The notes under the pieces were generated by a model. That model worked only from the letters and a program-made list of their open reading frames with translations. It had not been told where the DNA came from and did not search any database. This document shows positions 1 through 11,393 of a DNA stretch of 64,000 nt, one piece after another. Location: assembly GCA_963848135.1 (NCBI GenBank), contig CAWKCK010000004.1, positions 1-64,000 on the forward strand, in the 5' to 3' direction. This DNA comes from an uncultured delta proteobacterium. Its GTDB lineage: Bacteria; Desulfobacterota; Desulfobacteria; Desulfobacterales; SG8-13. The position numbers and the translations under genes were made by a program. Numbering within the stretch: the stretch's first letter is position 1; the number at the start of each line of letters is the position of its first letter.

Positions 1-1818
1 AACTACATCTCCCATGAAGTGCCGAAAAATGGCGACGATGAGGTATCTGGCGGATTTGCCAAAACCGAACGCAGGGACAAAAAGAAAAAAGGAGATCCGC
101 TGGAAATGTTTACGGTGGATCTCGTCAAAATGGCGGCAGACGGCAAGCTGGATCCGCTCATCGGGCGCGAGCTCGAAATGGAAAGGACGATGCAAGTCCT
201 CTGTCGGCGGCGAAAAAACAATCCTGTTTTCGTGGGTGATCCGGGGGTCGGTAAAACAGCGATGGCCGAAGGTCTGGCACAGAAGATTAATAGCGGAAAC
301 GTCCCCGATATTCTCAATGATGTGCGCATTTACTCATTGAACATCGGGGGCATGTTGGCCGGTACCAAATTCCGCGGAGATTTCGAGCAGAGGCTGAAAG
401 GGGTCATAAAGGCACTGCAGCGACTAAACAAAGCGATAATGTTCATTGACGAAATTCAACCGTGGTCGGTGCGGGGGCAACCAGCGGCGGTTCCATGGAT
501 GCGTCCAAATATTGAAACCGGTTCTCGCCCGGGAAATTGCTGTATCGGTTCCACAACCCATGAAGAATACAAGAATCATTTTGAAAAGGACCGGGCCCTG
601 GCGCGCAGGTTCCAAAAAATTGAAATCAGCGAACCCCCATCCCGGAAACGATTGAAATTCTTAAAGGGCTCAAATCCCACTATGAAGACCACCATCAGGT
701 TTCCTATACGCCGGCTGCAATCAAATCGGCAGCCGAGCTGAGCCAAAGTCACTCAACGATTATTTTCTGCCGGATAAGGCCATTGACGTCATCGATGAAG
801 CCGGTGCAGCCCTGAACCTGCATCCGGACAGCGCGCCGAAGTACATTAACCCCGCATGATATCGAAAAGTCGTTGCGCGCATGGCCCGCATACCCACGCG
901 CAGCGTTTCAAGCTCCGACGGTAACAAGCTCGAAAACTCGAAAACCATTTGATGACCGGGTCTTCGGCCAGGACCCAGCCATTGCCAGCCTCGCACCGCC
1001 ATTAAGCGCTCGCGCGCGGGCTTGGGCCCGCCCGGAAAACCCATCGGCTCCTTTCTGCTCATGGGTCCGACCGGGGTCGGCAAGACCGAGGTGTCGCGGC
1101 AATTGGCACGAATTCTCGGGTTCAGTTCGTGCGGTTCGACATGAGCGAATATATGGAAAAACACACGGTGGCCCGGCTGATCGGTGCTCCGCCGGGATAC
1201 ATCGGTTTTGATCAAGGCGGGTTGCTGACCGATGGCATCCGCAGGCATCCCTTCAGCGTTCTGCTGCTGGATGAGATTGAAAAGGCCCATCCGGATCTGT
1301 TCAATATCTTGCTGCAAATGATGGACTATGCCACCTTGACGGACAATAACGGTAAAAAGGCCGATTTTCGCAATGTCATTATCATCATGACGTCGAATGC
1401 CGGGTCACGTGAGATGAGCAGCCGCTCCATCGGTTTTGGGGACAGCGACAAAGACGCCGAACATAAAGGGCAGAAGGCAATTGAGGGATTTTTTAGCCCT
1501 GAATTCAGGAACCGGCTGGATGCAACCATCTCATTTCATGCCTTGACCGTCGAAATCATGGAAAAGATCGTCGACAAGTTCATCAATGAACTGAACGAGC
1601 AGTTGGCAGCCAAGAAGGTGGTTTTGACGATCACTACTGACGTGCGTTTATGGTTGGCGAAAAAAGGTCACGATTCCACTTACGGGGCCCGACCTCTCAG
1701 CCGCCTGATCCAGTCCCAAATCAAGGACGGACTGTCCGATGAAATACTTTTTGGCCGGCTGACCAAGGGCGGCGTCATTACTGTCGATTTAAAGGATGAC
1801 AAACTGGTTTTTGTCTGA
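1..1818 (+). CDS. clpA: ATP-dependent Clp protease ATP-binding subunit ClpA (5' end outside window; several apparent frameshifts at ~455-1130)
   Basis: AAA1 motifs [24 protein letters not shown] and [15 protein letters not shown] in ORF 19-741. [13 protein letters not shown] and GPTGVGKT read in shifted frames. AAA2 C-terminus [25 protein letters not shown]...YGARPL in ORF 1129-1818. Followed by aat, as in the usual clpA-aat order. Confidence 0.9.
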
Positions 1819-1945
1819 TCCCCTATGCAATACAGGCTACCGAGAATTTGATCGCGGCTCGATGGACCGTTGAATTTGATCCTGGTTCGACTGCTTTTGA
1901 CCTTATTACTGTGTATCCGGTTCCCCGTCGCAGGCACTGATCGCC

Positions 1946-2656
1946 ATGCCCGTATTTCTCCTTTTTGAAAACGTTGCTTTTCCGCCCGCCCATTTTGCAA
2001 CCCCTGAAGGTCTGTTGGCCGTCGGTGGCGATTTGAGCCAGAAGCGGCTCCTTTCGGCCTATCGAAAAGGGATCTTTCCATGGTACGCTGATAACGAGCC
2101 GATTCTCTGGTGGTCACCTGATCCCCGCCTCGTACTTTACCCGCATGAACTCCATGTATCACGGACGCTTGACAGGGTTCTGCGCAAGAACACGTTTACG
2201 GTCACCATGGACAGCGCCTTCGAAGACGTCATCACGGCCTGCGCCAAGACACGGACCCAAAATGAAGAGGGAACCTGGATCGTCGATGACATGCAAGCGG
2301 CGTATTGCCGGTTATATGAAGCCGGCTATGCCCACTCGGTGGAATCGTGGCTGGATGGGCACCTGGTCGGCGGGCTCTATGGTGTTTCACTTGGGCGTTG
2401 TTTTTTCGGAGAATCGATGTTCTCAAACGTCAGCAATGCCTCCAGTGTCGCCCTTGTCGCATTGGCACGCTATCTCATGACCCTGTCCTTCGATCTTATT
2501 GACTGCCAGGTGACCACGGCTCATTTGATGCGGTTCGGGGCCCGGGAGATACCCCGGTCACAGTTTCTAAAAGAGCTACGAAAAGCGCTCACCTGTCCCA
2601 CATTAAAAGGCCAGTGGTCGCATAAATTCCAATACGGTAAAGATCCTTCCAATTGA
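1946..2656 (+). CDS. aat: Leucyl/phenylalanyl-tRNA--protein transferase
   Basis: GLLAVGGDL, AYRKGIFPW, WWSPDPR, GTWI, AHSVESW and FFGESMFS motifs. Confidence 0.95.
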   Translation: MPVFLLFENVAFPPAHFATPEGLLAVGGDLSQKRLLSAYRKGIFPWYADNEPILWWSPDPRLVLYPHELHVSRTLDRVLRKNTFTVTMDSAFEDVITACAKTRTQNEEGTWIVDDMQAAYCRLYEAGYAHSVESWLDGHLVGGLYGVSLGRCFFGESMFSNVSNASSVALVALARYLMTLSFDLIDCQVTTAHLMRFGAREIPRSQFLKELRKALTCPTLKGQWSHKFQYGKDPSN

Positions 2657-2800
2657 TTTCTACCCGCGGATGACGGCATCATTGTATCTCATGGCTTGAC
2701 AGAGCATCTGCGGAGACGCAATATAACCCCGCTTCACCGGTCTCTATCGAATGCCGTGAAATGCCAAGTTATACATGCAGCGATCTGAAAGGAGGTGCAC

Positions 2801-3139
2801 ATGGAAAAGGATTGCCTTTTCTGCAACATCAGCGCGGGCAAGACCGATACCCGGTTCCTGTATGAAGACGATCATCTGGTCGTTTTCAAAGACATCAATC
2901 CCCACGCCCCAGTCCACGATTTGATCGTTCCCCGACGACACATCCGCAGTATTAACGACCTGATTGACCAGGATGGAGAGATCATTTCCAGAATGATCAT
3001 GGCCGGGCGTGATATAGCCGAGCAGCGAGGTATCAACGAATCCGGTTATAAATTGGTGTTCAATGTGGAATGGGGGGGCGGGCAACGTATCTTTCATTTG
3101 CATATGCACCTTATCGGCGGATGGGAGAAGGGAAAGTAA
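2801..3139 (+). CDS. hinT: HIT family nucleotide-binding protein (HinT-like)
   Basis: N-terminal CLFC, DINPHAPVH, HLHMH histidine triad; GGAGG RBS before ATG 2801. Confidence 0.9.
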   Translation: MEKDCLFCNISAGKTDTRFLYEDDHLVVFKDINPHAPVHDLIVPRRHIRSINDLIDQDGEIISRMIMAGRDIAEQRGINESGYKLVFNVEWGGGQRIFHLHMHLIGGWEKGK

Positions 3140-3150
3140 ACATTTGCCGC

Positions 3151-4326
3151 ATGTCTGCAAGCAATAACCTATCCGAAAACACCGATGGTGGTGGTATATA
3201 CATCCACGTGCCTTTTTGCCTCAGAAAATGCCGTTATTGCAATTTTTATTCTGTTTCCGACGTGTCGTTGCAGCCTCGATACTTGGAGGCACTTATTAAT
3301 GAGATGAAATTGACCGCCGATGTTCACGCGGGCATGGAATTTGACACACTCTATATTGGTGGCGGTACCCCGTCGGTTCTGGATGACGATTGTCTTGCCG
3401 ATATTATCGCCTCGGCCCACACGATATTCGCCATAGGGCCGGGCGCCGAAGTGACCATTGAAGTTAATCCCGGGACGATCGGCCGCGACTCCTTTCGTCG
3501 ATACCGTTCTTTCGGCGTCAACCGGGTCAATATCGGTGTGCAGTCCTTTCAGGAACACAACTTGAATTTTTTGGACCGGATCCACACTACCGGAGAGGCC
3601 GAGAGCGCATTGGCATGGGCACGCAACGCCGGATTCGAAAACATTGGTTTCGATTTGATTTACGGTATTCCCGGCCAGACAGTTGAAAATTGGAAACAGG
3701 ATCTTGAAAGAGCCGCTGTTCACCACCAGCCAGACCATCTGTCTTGCTACACTCTTAGCTATGAACACGGAACACCGCTTGGAAGGGACCTGGCGAAAGG
3801 CAGGTTAACCCCGGCAGATGAAGATCTTGTGGCACAGCTTTACCTGACAACCGTTGAGGTGCTGCAGCGCTGCGGATATGAACAGTACGAGACATCCAAT
3901 TTTGCCCGCAACCTTGCGTTTCGGTCACGCCACAACTGCAAGTACTGGTATTTTTCCCCTTACCTGGGTTTGGGGCCTTCCTCGCATTCGTTCTTACCGC
4001 CCGAACGCTCATGGAACAAAGCGGACCTCTCTGCTTATCTTGAGGATCTCGAGCACGGTCGCCGCCCGGTTGCCGGGCGGGAGGCCCTGAGCCGTGAACA
4101 GCTGATGATCGAAGCCGTCTATCTCGGTCTGCGTTTGTGTGATGGGGTTGATATTGCCGGCTTCGAAAGGCGTTTCGGGGTAAAATTCGAGACGCAATTC
4201 GAGCGACCGCTATCGGTTTACGCGCCGGCGGGCATGCTGGAGGTCATCAACGGCAGATGCCGCTTAAACCCTCGAGGCATGCTGCTGCTCGACAGCATTG
4301 CCTCTTCTTTCATCGATCGGATCTAA
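3151..4326 (+). CDS. hemW: Radical SAM heme chaperone HemW (HemN-like)
   Basis: IYIHVPFCLRKCRYCNF (CxxxCxxC), IGGGTPS, YETSNFA, HNxxYW; start position approximate. Confidence 0.88.
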   Translation: MSASNNLSENTDGGGIYIHVPFCLRKCRYCNFYSVSDVSLQPRYLEALINEMKLTADVHAGMEFDTLYIGGGTPSVLDDDCLADIIASAHTIFAIGPGAEVTIEVNPGTIGRDSFRRYRSFGVNRVNIGVQSFQEHNLNFLDRIHTTGEAESALAWARNAGFENIGFDLIYGIPGQTVENWKQDLERAAVHHQPDHLSCYTLSYEHGTPLGRDLAKGRLTPADEDLVAQLYLTTVEVLQRCGYEQYETSNFARNLAFRSRHNCKYWYFSPYLGLGPSSHSFLPPERSWNKADLSAYLEDLEHGRRPVAGREALSREQLMIEAVYLGLRLCDGVDIAGFERRFGVKFETQFERPLSVYAPAGMLEVINGRCRLNPRGMLLLDSIASSFIDRI

Positions 4327-6236
4327 CCGGTTTTACGCAATTTGCGTATGTCGCCAATGCGAATGGTCAAGTTCTGGGAATCGAAGTATTCGATGAGAGG
4401 AATGACATATTTACGGGTGGCACCGGTCATTTCCTTAAACTGCGGCGTGGATATCTCGCCATTGGCCGTCAGAAAGTCAATCAGGTTCTGTTGGAGTCTT
4501 TTGATGGCCGCCTTATCGAAATAAAGTTCTTCCTTTACCTTAACGAGCCTGCCGTCTTCCACCAGCAGCATGAGGACATCTTTGGCCCGCTGAGTGCCAG
4601 TGTTCAATTCCTTACGAAGTTCTTTGAAATACGGCGGTTGGAGCTTGGTTTCTTTATAGACATTGAGGATTTTGTCACGAATGCCCTCCTGGTCGGCTTC
4701 CAAAGCAACCCTGTGTGACGCCAGGTGAACGGTGTCTTCCGCAATCGCAATGACCGCCTCCTTGAGCATCTGGTTCATCAGAAGGGTAAACAACTTGGGA
4801 CTTATATCCGGCGGCAGTTTTGTTTTCAGTTCCTCCTTTGGCATGCCGGCCTTCAATGGGTGGGCCTTATGATATTCTTCAAGATGTGTTTGCAAGCGCT
4901 GGCGGAGGTTTAGAAAGCCGCTGCTGTGGATGAAGATTCGGTAGTCACGGTCCACGAGCAGAATGTCTTTCTTCGACAGCAGACCCTGCAACATCTTGTC
5001 TAGGGATTTTTCCGTGATATTGGTCATCAGGATGAGATCGGCGAAAGATGCCCCCATATAGCCGGACTGGTTAATATAGTATGCTATCAGGTCATCCGGT
5101 GTTTTTTCAGGAATATCCATCAGGTCCTGAACGATGTCCGGTTTAAACCTCTTGTGCTTGGGAGGAATCGGATTGAGAACCCGGCCGCCACCGATCGTGC
5201 GAATCGGTGAGTAGCTCCTTATGACAAATCGGTCATCCTTGACCAAGGATACCGATGTGTCGAGCCGCAGTTGGACAGCGGTTTTTTCTCCTGGCGTCAA
5301 TTCCTCACAGTCGAGTAGGACCAGGTTGCCCAGGATTTCGCTGGTACCGGTATGGAAACGGATTCGAGTGCGGTTTCTGATGGGTTTCTTGTTGCTGGAC
5401 AGGTACTGTAGCTGGACATCGACCATGTAGCTCGGTTTTAGCGCGCCTGGAAACGCCAATACCTCCCCCCGATTTATGGCAGCCTTCTCCAAGCCCTGGA
5501 AATTTATTGCCGTGCGCTGGCCGGCTTCGGCGGCACTGACACTTTGGCTGTGAACCTGAATACCGCGCACTTTGGAGGTAATCATGGACGGATAGATCAT
5601 GATCGTGTCACCGGTCTGCACGCGACCGGAGACCAGAGAACCGGTGATCACCGTACCGAACCCTTTCATCGTGAAAACGCGGTCTACCGGCAGTCGGAAC
5701 AGGTTCGATTTGCTGCGCTCGGGAATTTTGGCGCAGATTTCCTCCAAGGTATGGACGAAATCCTGCAGCCCGTGCCCCTTGACCGCTGAAACCGGGACAA
5801 TCGGTGTATTATCCAGAAACGTTCCGGCGGTAAAATCGCGTACATCTTCAATGGCGAGTTCCAACCACTCCTCATCCACGAGGTCGGTCTTGGTCAGGAC
5901 AACGAAGCCATACTCAATACCCAGCAGGGTGCAGATTTCCATATGTTCCCGCGTCTGAGGCATAACGCCTTCATCAGCGGCAATGACCATGGCCACGATA
6001 TCGATACCGGTGGCGCCGGCCACCATGTTCTTGACGAACTTCTCATGGCCGGGCACGTCCACAATGCCGACGTGCTGCCCGCTTGGCAGATCCAGTGAAG
6101 CGAATCCCAACTCGATGGTGATACCGCGTTCTTTCTCTTCTTTCAGACGATCGGTATCCGTTCCGGTGGCCGCCTTGATCAATGATGTTTTACCATGGTC
6201 TATGTGACCGGCCGTGCCAAGTATGATCTGTTTCAA
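4323..6236 (-). CDS. selB: Selenocysteine-specific elongation factor SelB
   Basis: [33 protein letters not shown]-terminal winged-helix extension ending [16 protein letters not shown] start. Confidence 0.96.
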   Translation of the reverse strand: MKQIILGTAGHIDHGKTSLIKAATGTDTDRLKEEKERGITIELGFASLDLPSGQHVGIVDVPGHEKFVKNMVAGATGIDIVAMVIAADEGVMPQTREHMEICTLLGIEYGFVVLTKTDLVDEEWLELAIEDVRDFTAGTFLDNTPIVPVSAVKGHGLQDFVHTLEEICAKIPERSKSNLFRLPVDRVFTMKGFGTVITGSLVSGRVQTGDTIMIYPSMITSKVRGIQVHSQSVSAAEAGQRTAINFQGLEKAAINRGEVLAFPGALKPSYMVDVQLQYLSSNKKPIRNRTRIRFHTGTSEILGNLVLLDCEELTPGEKTAVQLRLDTSVSLVKDDRFVIRSYSPIRTIGGGRVLNPIPPKHKRFKPDIVQDLMDIPEKTPDDLIAYYINQSGYMGASFADLILMTNITEKSLDKMLQGLLSKKDILLVDRDYRIFIHSSGFLNLRQRLQTHLEEYHKAHPLKAGMPKEELKTKLPPDISPKLFTLLMNQMLKEAVIAIAEDTVHLASHRVALEADQEGIRDKILNVYKETKLQPPYFKELRKELNTGTQRAKDVLMLLVEDGRLVKVKEELYFDKAAIKRLQQNLIDFLTANGEISTPQFKEMTGATRKYVIPLIEYFDSQNLTIRIGDIRKLRKTG

Positions 6237-6580
6237 TGCTATAGCTCCTGATTCCGTGCGAACGGAAAGTAACCTCAGCGTTTCTTGCGGTTTCGCAGGT
6301 ATTCTGCGAAGTAGGCCAATCCGACCAGGATAACCCCCAGACCGATGATTTTTGGCAACGATACCTCACCGTACCACATGCGGGTGGCAAGAACGGCGAA
6401 AACAAGGCCGAGAATGGCTCTAATGACGAATCGCTGAAACCCGATCACATTCCGTTCCTTTCAATTGGACATGAGTGTAAGGTTTCATTTATAGTCACCC
6501 AGCCCTTTATCGTCAACACTCTTTTGATTTTCCGCTTGCAATGGTATGGGTGATCTGATAGACAGGGAGGGTTTCGATAT

Positions 6581-6657
6581 GGTGGGTGTAGCTCAGGTGG
6601 TAGAGCGCCAGGTTGTGGCCCTGGTGGTCGTGGGTTCAAGTCCCATCACTCACCCCA
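6581..6657 (+). tRNA. tRNA-His (GTG)
   Basis: Cloverleaf GGTGGGTGTAGCTCAG...CCAGG-TTGTGGC-CCTGG...GGTTCAAGTCCC...CACTCACCCCA; G-1 and encoded CCA. Confidence 0.95.
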
Positions 6658-6661
6658 AAAT

Positions 6662-6693
6662 AAAATTTTGGAAGCAAATACTTCCAAAATTTT
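6662..6693. repeat. Perfect inverted repeat in the tRNA-His/tRNA-Arg spacer
   Basis: AAAATTTTGGAAG-caaata-CTTCCAAAATTTT (13-bp arms). Confidence 0.75.
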
Positions 6694-6702
6694 TTAATTT
6701 CT

Positions 6703-6779
<77 letters not shown>

Positions 6780-6804
6780 GTGAAATCAAAATATTTTATA
6801 TTTT

Positions 6805-6844
6805 AAGGCCCTTGCAAGGAACTCTTGTGGGGGCTTTTTCTTTG
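6805..6844 (+). terminator. Probable rho-independent terminator after the tRNAs
   Basis: AAGGCCCTTGCAAG-gaact-CTTGTGGGGGCTTT stem (with G-U pairs) followed by a T-tract. Confidence 0.6.
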
Positions 6845-6981
6845 TAGCGCCGGCATAGCGACAGATTTATAGCGGTTGTCAAAAAAACGTCCCGTTATTC
6901 GATCGTATCTTTACCGTTTCAGAAACCCTTCGATCTTATCTCTATATCCCCATCGGAGGACGAGCATACCACTTTCAGCCT

Positions 6982-9900
6982 TTAGTCCATCTCCGAAAAG
7001 ATGGTTTTGATGCCGTCGTTGAAGTTGGCATTCACCTTTTTGAGAAAGGTATTCCAGTCGCCGCCGAACTTGTAAAAAGCCATGGCTGACATCTTTTTCG
7101 TGATGATGGCATCCCTGTATGGCTGCAACGCTTCGGCGTTCAGCGTGTTCATGACGGATTCTTTTCCAAGCACCTTGATCAGGATCTCAGGGATGTAGTT
7201 CTCCAACACTTTCCAGGCCAGCGACTCATCATCCAGGATGGCGGTAATATTCTGTTCACAGATCCTTTGCAGGGCAAAAATCTGTTCACTGGTTTTTTCC
7301 GATAGATCGAACAGGGGAACCGACGGGTCCGCATCATGGATCCGGATGAGCATTGCCGTCTCTGCCCGGGCGTACTTGTCCACCAGCATCATGATATTCC
7401 CTATCAGGGACCAGCGGGTTTGTGTGTCGTGCAGCAGTTTGGCCTCATAGTCGTCTGCAAGCAGAAAGGCAGTGAGCACCTCGGCGATGGAACTGGAGAA
7501 GACGCCGCCCTTGTTGGCCGTGGTGTCCTTGATATGCTTGATATCAGTGGTTGTGGCAATGGTCCGCCTGGCGGCGTCATCGAAGAAAACGTTAGCGCCG
7601 TCGACGATGAACCTCAGTTCCTTGAACAAGGAGAGAAAATTTTTGACGTTGCCGCGGTTTACAGTGTCCTTGAAGCCGCCGCAAGGAATAAAGGCCCGGA
7701 TGTCCGCTTGGCTGATGAATCGCCGGTTGTCGGGATCCGACAGGAAGGTGCGGTGGAACATGGCGCCGTCTTCGACAATCGTGCCGTCAGGCAGGGGGGC
7801 ATTTTTTGCGACGAGGGGGACCATGAAACCTTGGGCACTCAGTTTCTCCACGGGGAAATGCAGTGTATTGGCCCGGGGAGAGGAATGCCGCATCAAGGCG
7901 ATTTTCATAAGGGCTTTGCGGTCCAGTCCCTGGGGGTCGAACAGAATCGCTCCCCCGTCGATGACCAGACAGATTTTCCCCTTGTAGCACTGGATTTCGT
8001 TGGCTCCTAGATCGCCGTCCGGACCGCCGGTCATCATCAGGTTGAGGTCTTCTTCCTTGGCTCCATAGTGGGCGATCAAGGTCCTGAAAGCCCCCATGAC
8101 GCCGGTGGTGGTCATGCCACTGGTTTCGATCTTGCCGCCGATCTTCCCGTAGATGATGTCCATGTCTGTAGTGACGGCGACGGATGTGCCATTGACCTGC
8201 AGATCCGTCCCCTTTGCTTTGCGGTCGATGAGCCCGAATAGCTCGCCGTTTTCCAGCATGCCGTAGGTGTCGTGAGGGATGCCAATGCTTTTACCCGTTG
8301 TGAGGGTTCTCCAATAACGGTACCCTCGATCTCTCGAACGGTTGGCCACCGCATCCATCAGGGGCGCGGTTCCCTCGTCGGGGCCGAAAAATATCATCTC
8401 AGGCTTTCCGTAGTACTCGACGATGCTGTCATCGTCGAGTACCAGGTCGATGATCCCTTCCGTGTAGTCGTAAAGGGCATCCATGCCGTGGCTGGCGTAG
8501 ATGGCGTGGGGAACCACGACACCCTTTGATCCGCTTTCGCAGATGTCCTTGTGCTTCAGCCGCTGTGCTTTGGGGCCAAGGGCGTAGTTGAGCAGCACGG
8601 CATTGTCGATCTCAGTGGGGTAGTTGGAAGGGGAGACCCGGATCAACCGCAGCCCACCCCTGGCAATGTCCCCGGCCCGCAGATGGGTTCCGCAGGCGTA
8701 ATGGCCGTTGACGAAGAAGATGCCAAAGACGAATTGGTCGAAGACCAACGGGTCGAGAATGGCATTGTCGAAGCGGAAGGCGAAAGAGCGCTTCTCGGGT
8801 TTGTAGAAGTTGGTCTTGAGGGGGCAGGAGACCAGTTTGAACATGAAACGGAAAATGTCGCAGTAAAGCCAATTATCGATGAAACGGGAAGAGATGATCT
8901 TGTTAAACTCCTTGAATTTTTCATCTAACGCTTCCGCGCTGATGCGGATCTTTACTGCCGGGTGGAAGCGCCGTTCGAAGAGATCGTAGAGGAATTTCAC
9001 CAAGTCCGGGTTCTCGGTGGCCGCTTCCAGGATGGCCTTGTAGACATAGGTGGATTTGTTGGAACCGTGAATTCTTCCGGCAAAGGCATCCTTGTGGTCC
9101 TTGCTGGTCAGGCTTGCCAGAATCTCGCGATCCATGGCATTGTCGCGCTCTTTGAAGATGAACATGTGGGCAAAATCAATGGCGTTGCCGGCAAACAGCA
9201 TTTCGTTGAAGGTCAACCGGCCGTTCACGTAAAGGCCCGTGATGCGGTTAATGGCAAAAGAGAGATAGGCGCACAGGTCTTGCACCAGCTCGGCCTCCTT
9301 TTTACGGGAGAGCTCCCCCCGGATGTAAAGGGAGCAGACGGATGAAGGCACAGAGGATTTGCCCCAGTAGGGTTCCCAATAGGCCCGTTTGAGCACCAGG
9401 CCGTGGTCTTCGAACATCTTCCTGAGCACCGGCAGTTGAGGCGAAGCAAAATCGCTGTTAAACATCAACCGCGTCTCTCCTGTTTCGGGCAGGTTGAAAA
9501 CCTCGATCAAAGGGGTGACGGCACCCTCGGTGTCCTTGAGGAATTTCTCGTAACGCTGGCGAGTGGGCTCAGGGGTGGTCATGTAGTCCCCGGCCAGGGT
9601 GAACAGGAACCGGGAATCGGTGAAAGCCTCCCTGGGAAAATCACTGACCGTTTCGGGTCGGATAATGTAGGTGTAGTATTGGTTTGCCGCGCTATAGTAA
9701 TACTCGCGGCGGTGGCCGGAGATCATGTTCTCCAGGACCGCTTCCATGTTGTCTCGGGTCTCCAGAGTGGCGATGCGGACCCTCTGGACATTGTTCTCCT
9801 GTTCCAGGTCGAAATCTATGTGGGCCACCCGTCCCACCAGGACCACCTTGCCGTTCTGAACGGTGATGCTGGTGGCGATGGAGGCCAGGATCTGCTTCAG

Positions 9901-10122
9901 CGAGTCCTTTTTAATATTCTCGAAAAAATAGGTGGGAAGCCCCAGGTCTTGCAACAGGATCCCCGCGGCCATGTTGATACAGTTGGCGGTCAGGAGCCCC
10001 TCGGAGGAAAGATCCACCACTGCCTCGTAAAGGATACTGGGGTTGAGTTTAACACTCTGTGCCTTGTTGATGATATCGGCGCCTTTTGAAACGGGGCCAG
10101 GGCGGTTCAATAAGCTGTCCAT
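6982..10122 (-). CDS. Large (~1050 aa) NAD-specific glutamate dehydrogenase
   Basis: DIARGGLR, KHKDICESGSKG, FFGPDEGTA, TTGKS..IPHD, TGGPDGDLGANE, DGANVF and ANKGGV motifs; AAAGGAG RBS before ATG at 10122. Confidence 0.85.
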   Translation of the reverse strand: MDSLLNRPGPVSKGADIINKAQSVKLNPSILYEAVVDLSSEGLLTANCINMAAGILLQDLGLPTYFFENIKKDSLKQILASIATSITVQNGKVVLVGRVAHIDFDLEQENNVQRVRIATLETRDNMEAVLENMISGHRREYYYSAANQYYTYIIRPETVSDFPREAFTDSRFLFTLAGDYMTTPEPTRQRYEKFLKDTEGAVTPLIEVFNLPETGETRLMFNSDFASPQLPVLRKMFEDHGLVLKRAYWEPYWGKSSVPSSVCSLYIRGELSRKKEAELVQDLCAYLSFAINRITGLYVNGRLTFNEMLFAGNAIDFAHMFIFKERDNAMDREILASLTSKDHKDAFAGRIHGSNKSTYVYKAILEAATENPDLVKFLYDLFERRFHPAVKIRISAEALDEKFKEFNKIISSRFIDNWLYCDIFRFMFKLVSCPLKTNFYKPEKRSFAFRFDNAILDPLVFDQFVFGIFFVNGHYACGTHLRAGDIARGGLRLIRVSPSNYPTEIDNAVLLNYALGPKAQRLKHKDICESGSKGVVVPHAIYASHGMDALYDYTEGIIDLVLDDDSIVEYYGKPEMIFFGPDEGTAPLMDAVANRSRDRGYRYWRTLTTGKSIGIPHDTYGMLENGELFGLIDRKAKGTDLQVNGTSVAVTTDMDIIYGKIGGKIETSGMTTTGVMGAFRTLIAHYGAKEEDLNLMMTGGPDGDLGANEIQCYKGKICLVIDGGAILFDPQGLDRKALMKIALMRHSSPRANTLHFPVEKLSAQGFMVPLVAKNAPLPDGTIVEDGAMFHRTFLSDPDNRRFISQADIRAFIPCGGFKDTVNRGNVKNFLSLFKELRFIVDGANVFFDDAARRTIATTTDIKHIKDTTANKGGVFSSSIAEVLTAFLLADDYEAKLLHDTQTRWSLIGNIMMLVDKYARAETAMLIRIHDADPSVPLFDLSEKTSEQIFALQRICEQNITAILDDESLAWKVLENYIPEILIKVLGKESVMNTLNAEALQPYRDAIITKKMSAMAFYKFGGDWNTFLKKVNANFNDGIKTIFSEMD

Positions 10123-10230
10123 GACATCTCCTTTGTCCGCATTGATGGGTATTCCGGAGTGATCCGGATGACGTTGCGAGGAGAACGTGGCTGATCCCCA
10201 AGTGTCTATCAAGGTATCGGCTTAATTTTA

Positions 10231-10557
10231 TTATGTTTTTGTCCGTGAGATCTGGCTTTCCATGCCGGACGTTTGCTCCACCGGCAATACCATGGCAATG
10301 CCGGTGCCGGGCTCGCTGAATCGCCCGGCCTCTTTGATGGCTGTAAGGAGCGGCTCTACAATCGTGTCGTTGACCAGGAAGAGAATCAGGTCCGTGCGTA
10401 TGTCCAAACAAAGCCCGAAAAAAGTCTTCGCCTCGCCGGCACCGGTTCCGGAGGCGGTAATGATTGTCGCCCCGGTAGCACCGGCCTTCTTCGCCGAATC
10501 AACGACCTGGTCTGTTAGGTTCGGCTTCACCATTGCTATAATGCATTTCTGAGCCAT
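10231..10557 (-). CDS. P-II family signal transduction protein
   Basis: AGATGAT, GTG and C-terminal GTGIAMVLPVE PII-fold motifs; GGAGG RBS. Confidence 0.85.
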   Translation of the reverse strand: MAQKCIIAMVKPNLTDQVVDSAKKAGATGATIITASGTGAGEAKTFFGLCLDIRTDLILFLVNDTIVEPLLTAIKEAGRFSEPGTGIAMVLPVEQTSGMESQISRTKT

Positions 10558-10625
10558 ATTAGTTTTTCCTCCTTTGTCCGACGCGCAGCAAACATTCAAC
10601 AAATGTTGCAAAAAAGTATCGCATA

Positions 10626-11384
10626 TCATTTTTTCCTGTTTCGCCGTTTCACCAGCCATTGAACTAACTGGGCGTAACCCAAGACACTGATGATCGGGAA
10701 TAAACTGGCAAATGCAATCAGACCGAATCCATCCAACACCGGGCTTCGGCCGGGGACATTGGACGCCAGCCCCAAACCGAGAGCGGCCACCAGGGGAACG
10801 GTAACCGTAGATGTCGTCACCCCACCTGAATCATACGCCAACGGAATGATCATCCGCGGTGCTAAAAAGGTCTGGACGGCAACAATGACATAGCCCACCA
10901 AAATATATAAATAAAGCGGCGTTCCGGTAACAATGCGAAACGTGCCGAGTGTTATGCCAACGGCCACACCTATGGCAACCGCGATCCGCAATCCTAAGGA
11001 CGATATGGCCTTGTTTGAGGCCTCTTCCGCCTTGTTGGCGACGGCAATCAGCGACGGTTCGGCGATGGTGGTGGAAAATCCGACCAAAAAGGCAAACAGG
11101 TATATCCATCCATAAGCGGACCAGATGCCATTGCCGCCGTTTTGGGCTTCTTTGACCAATTGTAGCGCCATGGTCCTGCCCACAGGGAAAAGTGCCAGAT
11201 CCAGGCCTCCCAGAAAACAGGCCATGCCGACAAGCACCAGACAGAATCCGAAAATAATTCTACCAGGCCTCGGCAGGGGTCTTCTCAATACCACCATTTG
11301 GAACAACACCAGCAGTCCAATAACCGGCAACACGTCTTTGGCTGTGGCCAGCAACAATCTGATCGGGTCAAATAATAGTTCCAT
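10626..11384 (-). CDS. DUF1538 family membrane protein
   Basis: TIAEPSL, AYDSGGVTTSTVTVP and DGFGLIAFAS motifs. Confidence 0.85.
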   Translation of the reverse strand: MELLFDPIRLLLATAKDVLPVIGLLVLFQMVVLRRPLPRPGRIIFGFCLVLVGMACFLGGLDLALFPVGRTMALQLVKEAQNGGNGIWSAYGWIYLFAFLVGFSTTIAEPSLIAVANKAEEASNKAISSLGLRIAVAIGVAVGITLGTFRIVTGTPLYLYILVGYVIVAVQTFLAPRMIIPLAYDSGGVTTSTVTVPLVAALGLGLASNVPGRSPVLDGFGLIAFASLFPIISVLGYAQLVQWLVKRRNRKK

Positions 11385-11393
11385 AAAATAGTC

